NCBI GenBank assembly: GCA_021158245.1
Contig: JAGGVB010000065.1
Span: forward strand, 6,757 to 70,756
Reading direction: 5' to 3'
DNA: 64,000 nt
DNA from: a bacterium
Lineage (GTDB): Bacteria > Zhuqueibacterota > QNDG01
Numbering within the stretch: position 1 is the stretch's first letter; every line of letters begins with the position of its first letter. Made by a program: the position numbers and the translations under genes. Positions 32,083 through 41,911 of this stretch are shown here, piece by piece. The notes beneath the pieces are model-generated. The model worked only from the letters and a program-made list of their open reading frames with translations, did not search any database and was not told the DNA's origin.

Positions 32083-32988
32083 TTATTTGTGATAATTTAT
32101 CATTTGTTGTTTTATTTTTTCAAGGCCTTTTCTTGCAGATGAAAAACAAAAGCCCGTATCCCTCTCTAATTTCTCCGTTAAAAGCCCCCCTTTTAACGGA
32201 CGTTCAGCCTGCTGTTTTAAATCAGAAGTTATTACTTTATTTATTAACGACCTGTCCAGATCAAACACACTTGCAATTTCCAGGGCAAATTCATAACGGC
32301 TAATCCATGTACTGCCCACAGTGTTGTACACTCCATGCAGGTCTGCCGTACATAAAAGAAGGCATGCCTCGGCAAGATCATCAGCAAGAGTCGGGTTGCC
32401 AAATTGATCAGCAACCACATTAATGCTGTTATTTGCTGAAAGCTGTTCCACCACCCATGTCACAAAATTTTTTCTGGCCCCTGAAGAAAAACCATAAAGT
32501 ACAGTTGTTCGTGCTATTATTAGATTATCAATTATTGAAGCTGCTTTTATCTCACTTTCCAACTTGGTTTTTCCGTAATAACTTACCGGATTTGTTATGT
32601 CGTTTTCCGTATAAGGCCCTGATTTGCCATCAAAAACATAATCGGAAGAAAGATGAATCATCTTACTTTCAGATTGTACACACAATGATGCAATATTCTT
32701 TGTCCCTTTAACATTTACTTCATATGCTTTTTCACGCTCTTTCTCACAATTATCCACATTAGTATACGCAGCTGTATGAATCACATAATCAGGATAAGCT
32801 GCTCCAAGTGCTTCACACTGTTTTTTATCTGTAATATCTGCCTGAATATACTTGACACCCGGAACATCAACACGATACGCTGGCTGCATATCTGTGGCGA
32901 CGACTTGAAATCTGCCTGCAGCTAATTCTGTAATCTTGGCACCAAGCAGACCGTTTGCCCCTGTAACAAGTAATATTTTCCCGGACAT
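32083..32988 (-). CDS. RmlD-like NAD(P)-dependent sugar reductase
   Basis: GANGLLG Rossmann motif and YGKTK catalytic motif, 301 aa. Confidence 0.7.
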   Translation of the reverse strand: MSGKILLVTGANGLLGAKITELAAGRFQVVATDMQPAYRVDVPGVKYIQADITDKKQCEALGAAYPDYVIHTAAYTNVDNCEKEREKAYEVNVKGTKNIASLCVQSESKMIHLSSDYVFDGKSGPYTENDITNPVSYYGKTKLESEIKAASIIDNLIIARTTVLYGFSSGARKNFVTWVVEQLSANNSINVVADQFGNPTLADDLAEACLLLCTADLHGVYNTVGSTWISRYEFALEIASVFDLDRSLINKVITSDLKQQAERPLKGGLLTEKLERDTGFCFSSARKGLEKIKQQMINYHK

Positions 32989-32998
32989 TAAAACATCT

Positions 32999-33985
32999 CT
33001 ACCAATAGTGTTCTCTAAATTTTCTATAGAAATTTATTGTTTTCTCCATACCTTTTTTAAACGGGGTTTTAGGTCTCCAACCCAGTTCATCATGTATTTT
33101 ATTGAAATCAGCTACGTAATCTCCTGTTTCTATGAGCTTTCTGTCCTCAGGCCATTCAACAAATTCAAGCTTGCCTGATCCTGCAATTTCAATAACGGTT
33201 TTCACCATTTGTCTGAAAGATATAGGATCGCCGCTGCCGAGATTGTATATCTGTCCGTCACTTCTGTCAATTTCACCTGCCATCAAGAAAGCACGGGAAA
33301 CATCATCTATAAAATTAAAATCTCTAAGCTGTGACCCATCTCCGTAAATAGTAATTGTCTCATCATCAAGTGCAAGTCTCACTACCCAATTTTGAATACC
33401 GTACTTGCCATGTTTCATTTGATGCCTGGGTCCGTACGTATTTGATATTCTGAGAGATACTGTTCTTATTCCATGTACTTTATGGTATATTATATGATAT
33501 TTTTCACCGGCATTTTTATTAACACCGTATATATCCGTAGGTGAAAGCTGTGCATCTTCTGTTACAGGAGTTGTACTTACTGCACCGTATTGGCCGCGGG
33601 TACCTGCATAAACAATTTTTACATCAGGGTTAACTTGCCTGCAGGCTTCAAGAAAAATCAGATTTCCCCTGCAGTTTATATCAACATCAAGCAGAGGATC
33701 CGTCATGCTGTCAACATGGCTCGTCTGGCCTCCTATATGAAAGATTACATCTTTATTCCGGACAAGAGCCCTCATTGCGCCCTCGTCTCGTATATCAGCA
33801 AAATTAATATTTACCTTATCTTCAATACCGTTGATATTAAAGAGATTGCCTCCGTATAACGGCAGCATTGAATCAATAAGAGTTACATCTGCCCCAAGGT
33901 AAACAAGCTCATGAGCAAGATTGCTTCCCAGGAACCCAAGGCCTCCTGTAATTGCGATATTTTTACCTTTGTACCAATTATACAC
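32999..33985 (-). CDS. NAD-dependent epimerase/dehydratase (extended SDR)
   Basis: ITGGLGFLGSNL and YxxxK (YGVNK). Confidence 0.7.
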   Translation of the reverse strand: MYNWYKGKNIAITGGLGFLGSNLAHELVYLGADVTLIDSMLPLYGGNLFNINGIEDKVNINFADIRDEGAMRALVRNKDVIFHIGGQTSHVDSMTDPLLDVDINCRGNLIFLEACRQVNPDVKIVYAGTRGQYGAVSTTPVTEDAQLSPTDIYGVNKNAGEKYHIIYHKVHGIRTVSLRISNTYGPRHQMKHGKYGIQNWVVRLALDDETITIYGDGSQLRDFNFIDDVSRAFLMAGEIDRSDGQIYNLGSGDPISFRQMVKTVIEIAGSGKLEFVEWPEDRKLIETGDYVADFNKIHDELGWRPKTPFKKGMEKTINFYRKFREHYW

Positions 33986-35088
33986 TATGTTCTCCTCCCG
34001 GTTATCCTTTTAAACAATGTTTCGTATTGAGAGGTTACTGCATCCCATGAATACTTTTCTTTAACACGCTTTACAACAGCAGACCGCAAATGATCTGCCT
34101 CTTCCGGATGATCTATATAGTATTGCATTTTCTGCGTCAGAGTCTCAACGGAAGACACATTAAAATATACTCCTGTCTCGCCAAGTACTTCTCTGTGCTG
34201 CACTACATCATTAGCCAGAATAAAACTGCCTCTCCCCATTGCTTCGACAAGTGCAGGTTGAGTGCCGCCTGCTTCTGTTGCCTGAATATAGGCGAAAGCA
34301 TGTGACTGAAATTCTCTGTAGCCTTTCCCAAAAACATATCCTGTAAAAATGATCCTTTTATCCTTTGTACTCTTTAATCTTTTAATATATTCTGTACTGT
34401 AAGGTGCATCACCAACAATAATCAACTTATAATCCGTATTTACTTTTTCAAATGCTTCTACAACAACATGAGCATTATTTTCAGGCTCTAATCTGCTCAC
34501 ATAGAGCAGATATTTACCGGGCATTACTCCAAAACGGTCCAGTGCTTCAGTGCTTGATTCCCTTCCAATATGAGCGCCATAAGGAATCAACAAGCTGGAT
34601 TTATTAAATTTTCTTTTATAATAACTGCACACCTCTTTTGCATCTGTCACAATAAAATCAGGTACAAATGTTGATAAAAATTCAGATATTCTATATACTG
34701 CTCTTCCGAATTTACCCCATTTTTCACGTTTCCACTCCAATCCGTCAACATTTAAAACAACCGGAGTGCTTTTTAGCCTGAACGGTAACGTAAATAACAC
34801 ATTAGCACTATTACAATATAAAACAACATCATACTTTTTTAAAAAAGCATGTATGGTTGACAATATCGTATTAAAAGGTGTATCAAAATATTTATGCCTG
34901 ACACCCTGAGTTACAATAACTCTTACTCCTTTGTAAAACTTTTGATTTTTTGATATATAGTGTGACCGTCCGTAAACAGTAACATCATGTCCTCTTTTTA
35001 CGAGATGTGTTGAAAGTTCTTCTGCAAAAGTCTCAAATCCTCCGTAATTCGCCGGAATACCTCGTGTACCCAGAATTGCTATACGCAT
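33985..35088 (-). CDS. glycosyltransferase family 4 with DUF1972-like N-terminal domain
   Basis: N-terminal MRIAILGTRGIPANYGGFETFAEEL is typical of DUF1972-GT4 proteins. C-terminal GT-B domain. Confidence 0.7.
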   Translation of the reverse strand: MRIAILGTRGIPANYGGFETFAEELSTHLVKRGHDVTVYGRSHYISKNQKFYKGVRVIVTQGVRHKYFDTPFNTILSTIHAFLKKYDVVLYCNSANVLFTLPFRLKSTPVVLNVDGLEWKREKWGKFGRAVYRISEFLSTFVPDFIVTDAKEVCSYYKRKFNKSSLLIPYGAHIGRESSTEALDRFGVMPGKYLLYVSRLEPENNAHVVVEAFEKVNTDYKLIIVGDAPYSTEYIKRLKSTKDKRIIFTGYVFGKGYREFQSHAFAYIQATEAGGTQPALVEAMGRGSFILANDVVQHREVLGETGVYFNVSSVETLTQKMQYYIDHPEEADHLRSAVVKRVKEKYSWDAVTSQYETLFKRITGRRT

Positions 35089-35264
35089 TCTTCTTTACTC
35101 CTGCCCTCTTTCTTATGCCAGCTTTAAGTCAATTATTGTATTTTTTCCAGTATTTATTTCTTTTCCTGATACTTTATACAGCAGGGCCCGGAAATCTTGC
35201 AAGCCGGACATTTATTCCATATCCGGTAATTAACAAGACTCTCCGCCAGATTAAAAGAAACGAC

Positions 35265-36965
35265 TTATCTCTTTTCAGTATTTCCGCCTTTGTCTGCTGC
35301 CTCTCCCCACGAGTAGATTAAAAGGCTGTAATTTTTTGTTTCAATCGGTTTTTCAAAATGATTTTTAACATATTCCCGGATTTCACCGCTTGTATAGGCA
35401 TCTGTATTAAAAAGATATTTTTCAAGAACAATCCAGCCACTTTTATGAGTACTAATAATTTTTTTCAAATCTTCAAGATTTTCAATACATGGAACTCCTT
35501 CGTATATATCCACCCATCTGCCGTTCTTGTTTGCGTCTTTGAATCTCATTGATTGCCGAAGCAACCCGAAATTCAAAGTATAATCAGTAGCAGGGCAGTA
35601 AAACGAGCTTATTTGCGGAAGATTTGAAATAACAATATCTCCTTTCTGCATATTTTCACGCAGATACTTTCCAGCCGCCTTCCATTCACCGGGAGTTACT
35701 GCCATATTTGTTTTTCCGTCTTCTATCTTAGGAATATTGAGGCTGATTCTCATCCACGGTGAAACAAGAAAAACAACTGCCACTGAGAGAGAAATCAAAT
35801 ATCTAAGATAGGGTGCTAACTTCTTAACCCTCATTTTTATTTCATTTTTCACGGAATTCTCAGACTCAACAGAGGCTGTTTTCACAAACCATACAAGAGA
35901 ATATGCTGCAAGAAATATGAAGAAGGGATAAACATTAAAGAGATACATAGGGACTCTGTGAGTAAAAACAAATGACAGCATGAACAATTGGAATGTAAAC
36001 AGTATGAAAGAAAATATGCCTCTCTTATTACCCTTGAATATTACAAGTACTGCACCTGCAAAAAATAACGCACCCATTGGAAATCTGTAAACTGACATAA
36101 TGAAATCAAAAAGAAGCAGTCTGTACTTTGCGCCCACATCTCCTTTTACCCATTCAGGTGTATATGCCAGATAATACTTCAGGTTTGCCCTTATCCATGG
36201 TATAAAGATAACTGCAGCTGCAGTTAAAATTATAGCAGCGGCAGATATTAACATATATTTATTAAAAAATCTTTCTCTTCCATTTAAAAAAATAAATTTG
36301 ATAACGGCCATAACCAAAACGTACACAAAAAGCCCTAAAATAAAAATTGCAAATATTCTGTGAACTTTATAAAATGTATACGCACCGAGCAGCAATGTTG
36401 CTGCTATCCAGATAAGGGAAAAATCCCATTTTTTCTCAATGGAGGGCAGTATCAGAAATCTCTTTTTGCCTTTTTCAGGCTCAAACCCGAGAATAAAAGA
36501 GTACGCAACGGCCAATGTTAAAAATTGCAGCATAGTATACATCTTTGCTGTTCTTGACCACCCTACTGCAAAATGCGAAAATGCAAGAAGCAGAGCAGCT
36601 ACAAGAGCCGTCTTTCGATCAAACATCCTTGCACCGATAACATAGATTAACCACACACCGAGTATTCCGAAAATTGCGGAAGGAAGCCTTGTTGCAACTT
36701 CTCCCGGTCCGATTATTTTTGAAAATAACGCTGCGCAATAAGTGTAAACAGGTGCCCGGCCGTATAAAAACCCTGAAGGCATATTCAAGCCTTCGCCGGC
36801 ATTAAAAGATTGTGCTGCATAATACACATTGATTTCATCAACCCAAAAGCTCTGCCTTCCCAAATGAGATAATCTTAAAAATGATGCAGCAGCCAAAATT
36901 ACAGCAAGAATAATCCAGTATCTGAACTTGTCTTTATTTATTTTTTCGCCTGATTGATAATCCAT
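35265..36965 (-). CDS. GT-C fold membrane glycosyltransferase (ArnT/PMT-like)
   Basis: 566 aa with FWVDEINVYY and GRAPVYTY motifs in N-terminal loops. C-terminal soluble domain. Confidence 0.65.
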   Translation of the reverse strand: MDYQSGEKINKDKFRYWIILAVILAAASFLRLSHLGRQSFWVDEINVYYAAQSFNAGEGLNMPSGFLYGRAPVYTYCAALFSKIIGPGEVATRLPSAIFGILGVWLIYVIGARMFDRKTALVAALLLAFSHFAVGWSRTAKMYTMLQFLTLAVAYSFILGFEPEKGKKRFLILPSIEKKWDFSLIWIAATLLLGAYTFYKVHRIFAIFILGLFVYVLVMAVIKFIFLNGRERFFNKYMLISAAAIILTAAAVIFIPWIRANLKYYLAYTPEWVKGDVGAKYRLLLFDFIMSVYRFPMGALFFAGAVLVIFKGNKRGIFSFILFTFQLFMLSFVFTHRVPMYLFNVYPFFIFLAAYSLVWFVKTASVESENSVKNEIKMRVKKLAPYLRYLISLSVAVVFLVSPWMRISLNIPKIEDGKTNMAVTPGEWKAAGKYLRENMQKGDIVISNLPQISSFYCPATDYTLNFGLLRQSMRFKDANKNGRWVDIYEGVPCIENLEDLKKIISTHKSGWIVLEKYLFNTDAYTSGEIREYVKNHFEKPIETKNYSLLIYSWGEAADKGGNTEKR

Positions 36966-36966
36966 G

Positions 36967-37926
36967 TCATAATCTCCCCTTTTCTGTTGAAAGGCCGGAC
37001 CTGTAAGGCCCGCGGATAAATCCCCAGGTATACGCTATTAATCCTAAAAATATCAAGGGATAGTGAAAAATAAAGCTTAAAAACAGTTTATAATCTGACT
37101 GAACTAACCGTTTGCTTATTATCAAAGTTCTGTAAACAGGAATAAACACAATTAAAGGAGGATATTTAAGAAGAAAATATCCATGCCGTTTTGTCCTTCT
37201 TCGCGTCTCATTTGCACCTTCTCCCAAAGCAACCTGATTTTTAATAAAATGATTAAACCCTGTTCTGTTTCTGTGAGTTATTGATGCATCCGGTAAAAAA
37301 TAAATATTGTATCCGGATGTCACAATATTATCACAAAGTATTGTATCTTCACCCTTCATAAAATCCGGGAAAAATCCGACACTCTCAAGTAAATCTTTAC
37401 TTACACATAAATTACATGAAGGCAGAGCTCCCACGTCTCCCATTTTTGCCATTGGATTCATCTCATTAAATTCAAGCAGATATTCCGCAGTACCCACATA
37501 ACTGTCAGGAGTGCCATTTGCAACACCCCCTCCTGCTGCTTTGTATCCTGCCTGCAGTTTTTTCCAAAGTAATTTCAGCCAGTCAGGGCTTGCTATGCAG
37601 TCACTATCAATAAAGAACACAAAACTGCCGCGAGCCAAACGCGCGCCCTCTGATCTGGCAAGGCCAGGCAGAGTCCTTCTGTTGAGATGCAGAACTTTTA
37701 CCTCTGTGAAACACTCTTTCACATCCTGTGTAATATCTTCAGGTGAACTGTCAACTACTATAACTTCATAGGGCATATCTATTGTCTGATTCATAACAGA
37801 TTCAAGACAAAGAAATAGATCCCTTCCTGATTTATAAGAGGGAATAACAATGGAAATTTCCGGTGCTACACTATTATTATTTTTTATCTGCATTTCTCTA
37901 TTTTCCTGCCAATGTTTCAATTGCAT
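36967..37926 (-). CDS. glycosyltransferase family 2
   Basis: ISIVIPSYKSGRDL, DxD (FIDSDC). Confidence 0.75.
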   Translation of the reverse strand: MQLKHWQENREMQIKNNNSVAPEISIVIPSYKSGRDLFLCLESVMNQTIDMPYEVIVVDSSPEDITQDVKECFTEVKVLHLNRRTLPGLARSEGARLARGSFVFFIDSDCIASPDWLKLLWKKLQAGYKAAGGGVANGTPDSYVGTAEYLLEFNEMNPMAKMGDVGALPSCNLCVSKDLLESVGFFPDFMKGEDTILCDNIVTSGYNIYFLPDASITHRNRTGFNHFIKNQVALGEGANETRRRTKRHGYFLLKYPPLIVFIPVYRTLIISKRLVQSDYKLFLSFIFHYPLIFLGLIAYTWGFIRGPYRSGLSTEKGRL

Positions 37927-39028
37927 CTATCATTCCGTTCCAATCTCTGTTTTTTCTATCCAAAGCATAATTTTTAAGAAATTCAGAATCTTTTTTTATT
38001 TTGCCTGCCATGAACTCTCTCATTGATTCTGCAAGAGCATCAACATTATCGGGTTCAATTACAACGCCATGTGTTTCAGATATAACATTCTCGGCAAGGC
38101 CGCCAACATCAGTTACTATTACAGGTCTTCCCATTGTAAATGCAAGCTGAGGTACTCCGCTCTGAGTTGCATCTCTGTAAGGAAGAACAACAACATCAGC
38201 AGCTGAAAAAAACAGTTCGAATTCATCCTCGGATACGTATCTGTCAACAATAGTTATTTGTTTATTCAGGCCCTTATCTTTGATGAGAGTATTGTAAAAA
38301 TCTCTTTTACCCCAAAACTCTCCGGCAATTAAAAGATGTGCGGATTCATTATCAATCAGGGAAAGAGCATCTATTAATAAATCCAACCCTTTGTAATAAC
38401 GCACAAATCCAAAAAAGAGAAAAACAATCTTATCAGAAGGAATACCAAGAGATTGCCTTGCCTCGTAATTATTAATCCCTTTGATTACCGGCTCAGGATG
38501 AGGTGCAATCGGGAGGGCCTCAACATCTTTTCCCGGACAGATTTCCATTAATTTCTTTTTATCCGATTCGCTGTGCACTGTAAATCCCTGAGAGGATCTC
38601 AGAGCCCATTTCGTAATTGTTTCCCATATAACCCCGTTCTCATGAGGGAGAACATTATGGCATACATAAACAGTTTTTACTCCTATACGCTTTCTTACAA
38701 TATTTGATATAAATTTCCAGCAAAACGCAAAAAACGGGACCCACCATATAAAAACAATAATATCCGGTTTATATGATACTATACTCTCGGCAGTATATGC
38801 CCACGTCGCAGGATTTAATGAATCTATTATATAACTACACTCTTTAAATTTCCTGATTTTACCTGGTTCTCTGTCTGTGCTGCCCGGAAATAAAAATGAC
38901 GGATACTGCCTTTTAAAAGAAATAAAATAAACCTCGTGCCTCTTTTTAAGAAATTTCCACAAGAGAGTTGTGTGCTGAGCAATGCCGCCTCTAAAAGGGA
39001 ATGTCGGGCCTATAAGAACAATCCGCAT
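37898..39028 (-). CDS. glycosyltransferase family 4
   Basis: GT4 motif in the C-terminal half. Start set to the internal ATG at 39026-39028 (MRIVLIGP), which removes the overlap with the upstream gene ending at 39033. Confidence 0.75.
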   Translation of the reverse strand: MRIVLIGPTFPFRGGIAQHTTLLWKFLKKRHEVYFISFKRQYPSFLFPGSTDREPGKIRKFKECSYIIDSLNPATWAYTAESIVSYKPDIIVFIWWVPFFAFCWKFISNIVRKRIGVKTVYVCHNVLPHENGVIWETITKWALRSSQGFTVHSESDKKKLMEICPGKDVEALPIAPHPEPVIKGINNYEARQSLGIPSDKIVFLFFGFVRYYKGLDLLIDALSLIDNESAHLLIAGEFWGKRDFYNTLIKDKGLNKQITIVDRYVSEDEFELFFSAADVVVLPYRDATQSGVPQLAFTMGRPVIVTDVGGLAENVISETHGVVIEPDNVDALAESMREFMAGKIKKDSEFLKNYALDRKNRDWNGMIDAIETLAGK

Positions 39029-39032
39029 TTTT

Positions 39033-39980
39033 TTATTTATCCCCTTTAATATCACTCTTTTTCAAACGATACAAAACTTCCTCTATCAGTCTTCTATTGG
39101 CTGAAATAATGTCAGCAAGTAATCCTATCATACCTACCTGAAATCCCACAATCATAAAAACCGCAGAAAGAATCAATGACTGTATATGGCCCTCACCCTG
39201 ATGAGTAAGGAAAAAATAAAGGAATCTCATAGATACAAGAAAACCTACACCAAAAATAAATCCGCCAATATATAAAAAAGTCTTTAAAGGCTCATAAAGA
39301 GCATAAATTCTGGCAATTGTTGCACCTGACTGATTTATATATGCAAAAATACTTTTAAAAAGTCTTGAAGGCCTTGTTGGTTTATTTGTCCTTATTGATA
39401 CATGGGCTATCGGGATACCCTTTTTACCAGCCTGAATTATTGTGTCAAGTGTATATGTAAATTGTGATATCACATTCATCCTTAATGCTGCTTCCCTGCT
39501 GAATGCTCTGAACCCGCTTGTTACATCAGGAACAGTTGTATTTGAAATATGCCGAACAACCCAGCTTCCCAGTTTTTGAAGCAGCTTTTTGATAAATGAA
39601 AAGTGCTCTACCTGCATTACTTCCCTGTCTCCGACCACCATATCAGCACTTCCTGCAAGTATCGGGTCAATTAATTTTTGAATATCCTCAGCTCTGTATT
39701 GGTTGTCTCCATCAGTGTTTACAATAATATCTGCTCCGAATCTGAGAGAAGAATCAAGGCCTGCCGAAAAGCTGACTGCAAGCCCTCTGTTGCTTGTAAG
39801 ACGTACAATATGATCTACTCCCAGCTCTCTTGCCTTTTCCACAGTCCTGTCTGTACTTCCGTCATCAATTACCAGAAGTTCAACAATATCAATGCCATCA
39901 AATTTTCGGGGAATTGCCTTTATTGTTGCAGGCAAAGTCCTCTCTTCATTATAACAGGGTATCTGAATTATAAGCTTCAC
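39033..39980 (-). CDS. GT2 polyprenyl-phosphate glycosyltransferase (DPM1/GtrB-like) with C-terminal TM helices; GTG start
   Basis: IQIPCYNEE...VIDDGSTDRT...DGDNQ, 315 aa. Start codon GTG at 39978-39980, preceded by a G8 tract. Confidence 0.75.
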   Translation of the reverse strand: MKLIIQIPCYNEERTLPATIKAIPRKFDGIDIVELLVIDDGSTDRTVEKARELGVDHIVRLTSNRGLAVSFSAGLDSSLRFGADIIVNTDGDNQYRAEDIQKLIDPILAGSADMVVGDREVMQVEHFSFIKKLLQKLGSWVVRHISNTTVPDVTSGFRAFSREAALRMNVISQFTYTLDTIIQAGKKGIPIAHVSIRTNKPTRPSRLFKSIFAYINQSGATIARIYALYEPLKTFLYIGGFIFGVGFLVSMRFLYFFLTHQGEGHIQSLILSAVFMIVGFQVGMIGLLADIISANRRLIEEVLYRLKKSDIKGDK

Positions 39981-39982
39981 AA

Positions 39983-39990
39983 CCCCCCCC
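39983..39990 (-). repeat. G8 homopolymer tract (C8 on plus) forming the entire RBS/intergenic spacer
   Basis: Minus strand reads TAG-C-GGGGGGGG-TT-GTG. The 11-nt intergenic region between two GT2 genes is essentially a poly-G run. Confidence 0.9.
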
Positions 39991-39991
39991 G

Positions 39992-40942
39992 CTAGTTAAT
40001 TATTTCTTCTATATTATATTCAGTAACATCGCCTGCGTGAGTAAAAATAATCATCTCACCAAGCAGGCCTATTGATATCATCTGAATACCGATTACAAGT
40101 AAAAGAGCACCGAGAATTAAAAGCGGCCTTCCTGCAATAGGCCCCATGCCAAGAATTCTGTAAATGAACAGATAAACTTCAATTGCAAGACCTGCTGCAC
40201 TGAAAAATGAACCCACAAACCCCAGAAAATGAATTGGTTTTTTCGAATAACGGGTAAGAAAAATTACCGTTATTATATCAAGCATACGCTGGACATACTC
40301 CCTTGGATAACGGGAATTACGGAAACTCCCGGGCAGCTGAGCTATTTTCTCTTCAGAAACCTTATACCCCTGCCCTGCAGCAAGAACAGGAATAAAATTG
40401 TACAAATCTCCGTAAAATGATATTTTATTAAGCACTTCTCTTTTTGTAACAAGAATACCGCTGTTGATATCGTGCAGCCGCCTCTTTAAAAACCAGCTTG
40501 CAAGAAGATTAAAAACTTTTGAGACACTTCTGTTAAGAACGGAATCTCTGCGGGGTGAACGCCATCCTGCAACAAGATCACTTTCCCCGTCAAGCTTTTC
40601 AAGAAATGCCGGAATGCCGTAAGGATCAATATTGACTCTTCCCGAAATATAAACGATAATATCTCCCATAGAGTACTTAAGGCCGGCATCAAGGCATGCA
40701 GCTTCACCGAAAGTAGAACGCATACGAACAATATGAATTTTATCATCATTTTTCATCAGCATGTGCAGCTTTTCAAAAGTGCTGTCATTAGACGCATCAT
40801 CTATAAAAATATACTCTATCGATTTGCTGACACTCTTCACAGCATCTGCCAAAGAAGTGTAAAAATCTTCAATATTTTTCTCTGCATTAAAAATTGAAAC
40901 TATTACCGATACCTCTGCATGGGAACTGTCACTCTTTCTCAT
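39992..40942 (-). CDS. GT2 polyprenyl-phosphate glycosyltransferase (ArnC-like)
   Basis: VSVIVSIFNAEKNI...FIDDASNDST...AGWR and 2 C-terminal TM helices. Paralogous to the next gene. Confidence 0.75.
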   Translation of the reverse strand: MRKSDSSHAEVSVIVSIFNAEKNIEDFYTSLADAVKSVSKSIEYIFIDDASNDSTFEKLHMLMKNDDKIHIVRMRSTFGEAACLDAGLKYSMGDIIVYISGRVNIDPYGIPAFLEKLDGESDLVAGWRSPRRDSVLNRSVSKVFNLLASWFLKRRLHDINSGILVTKREVLNKISFYGDLYNFIPVLAAGQGYKVSEEKIAQLPGSFRNSRYPREYVQRMLDIITVIFLTRYSKKPIHFLGFVGSFFSAAGLAIEVYLFIYRILGMGPIAGRPLLILGALLLVIGIQMISIGLLGEMIIFTHAGDVTEYNIEEIIN

Positions 40943-41909
40943 ACCAGTCCTCGTATTTATCAGTTAAAAGTGGAGAGAGAGTAAGGCCTCTCCTATCCCC
41001 TGTTTTCACAATGAGGCTTGCAACAAGCCCTAAAAAGAAAAACTGCAGTCCTGTTACAAAAAACAGGAATACAAGAGTAATAACAATATTAAGCTCAGCA
41101 GCATCAAGAGTTTTTCCTGCAAAAAGAAACAGAAACCATAAAAGTGCAAGGATCCCAAGAGCAATAACTCCCGCACCTAATTTGCCGAAAAATCTTAAAG
41201 GAGCACGAAGATATTTAAGAAAAAGATTAAGAGAAGACAAATCCATAAGTACACGGAATGTCCTCGTAAGATTGTACTTTGATTTTCCGAACTTTCTGGC
41301 ATGATGGTTTACAGGTATTTCCGCAATCCTTGCTCCTTCAATTTTTGTCAGTGCCGGAAGGAATCTGTGCATCTCCCCATAAAGCCTTATCCCCTGTATT
41401 GCTTCCCTTCTGTATGCCTTAAGTGCACATCCCGTATCATGAAGATCAACATGGGTAACAGAGCAGATAAGCCTGTTTGCAATAAAAGAAGGTACTTTTC
41501 TTATAAATAGCTTATCCTGTCTGTTTTTACGCCACCCGCTCACAACATCATAGCCCTCTTCCAATTTTGAAAGAAGTTTCGGTATATCTGCCGGATCATT
41601 CTGCAGGTCTCCATCCATAGTTACAAGAACATCCCCTGTAGATATTGAGAATCCTGCTGCCATTGCAGCAGACTGGCCAAAATTCTTACGTAAAAAAATA
41701 GCTCTGAAATCCGGATCTGCAGCGGCAATCTCCTTAAGTTTATCTCGTGTTCCGTCTGTACTGCCGTCATCAATAAAAATTATCTCTGTCAGCAAATCAA
41801 GATTGTCCACAGCTTTCTTAATTGCGGAATAAAGCAAAGGTACATTCTGTTCTTCATTAAAAACAGGTACTACAACTGAAAGGCCTGTAATGTTATTTGT
41901 TAAATTCAT
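40929..41909 (-). CDS. GT2 polyprenyl-phosphate glycosyltransferase (ArnC-like)
   Basis: LSVVVPVFNEEQNV...FIDDGSTDGT...SGWR and C-terminal TM helices. Confidence 0.75.
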   Translation of the reverse strand: MNLTNNITGLSVVVPVFNEEQNVPLLYSAIKKAVDNLDLLTEIIFIDDGSTDGTRDKLKEIAAADPDFRAIFLRKNFGQSAAMAAGFSISTGDVLVTMDGDLQNDPADIPKLLSKLEEGYDVVSGWRKNRQDKLFIRKVPSFIANRLICSVTHVDLHDTGCALKAYRREAIQGIRLYGEMHRFLPALTKIEGARIAEIPVNHHARKFGKSKYNLTRTFRVLMDLSSLNLFLKYLRAPLRFFGKLGAGVIALGILALLWFLFLFAGKTLDAAELNIVITLVFLFFVTGLQFFFLGLVASLIVKTGDRRGLTLSPLLTDKYEDWYEKE

Positions 41910-41911
41910 AT

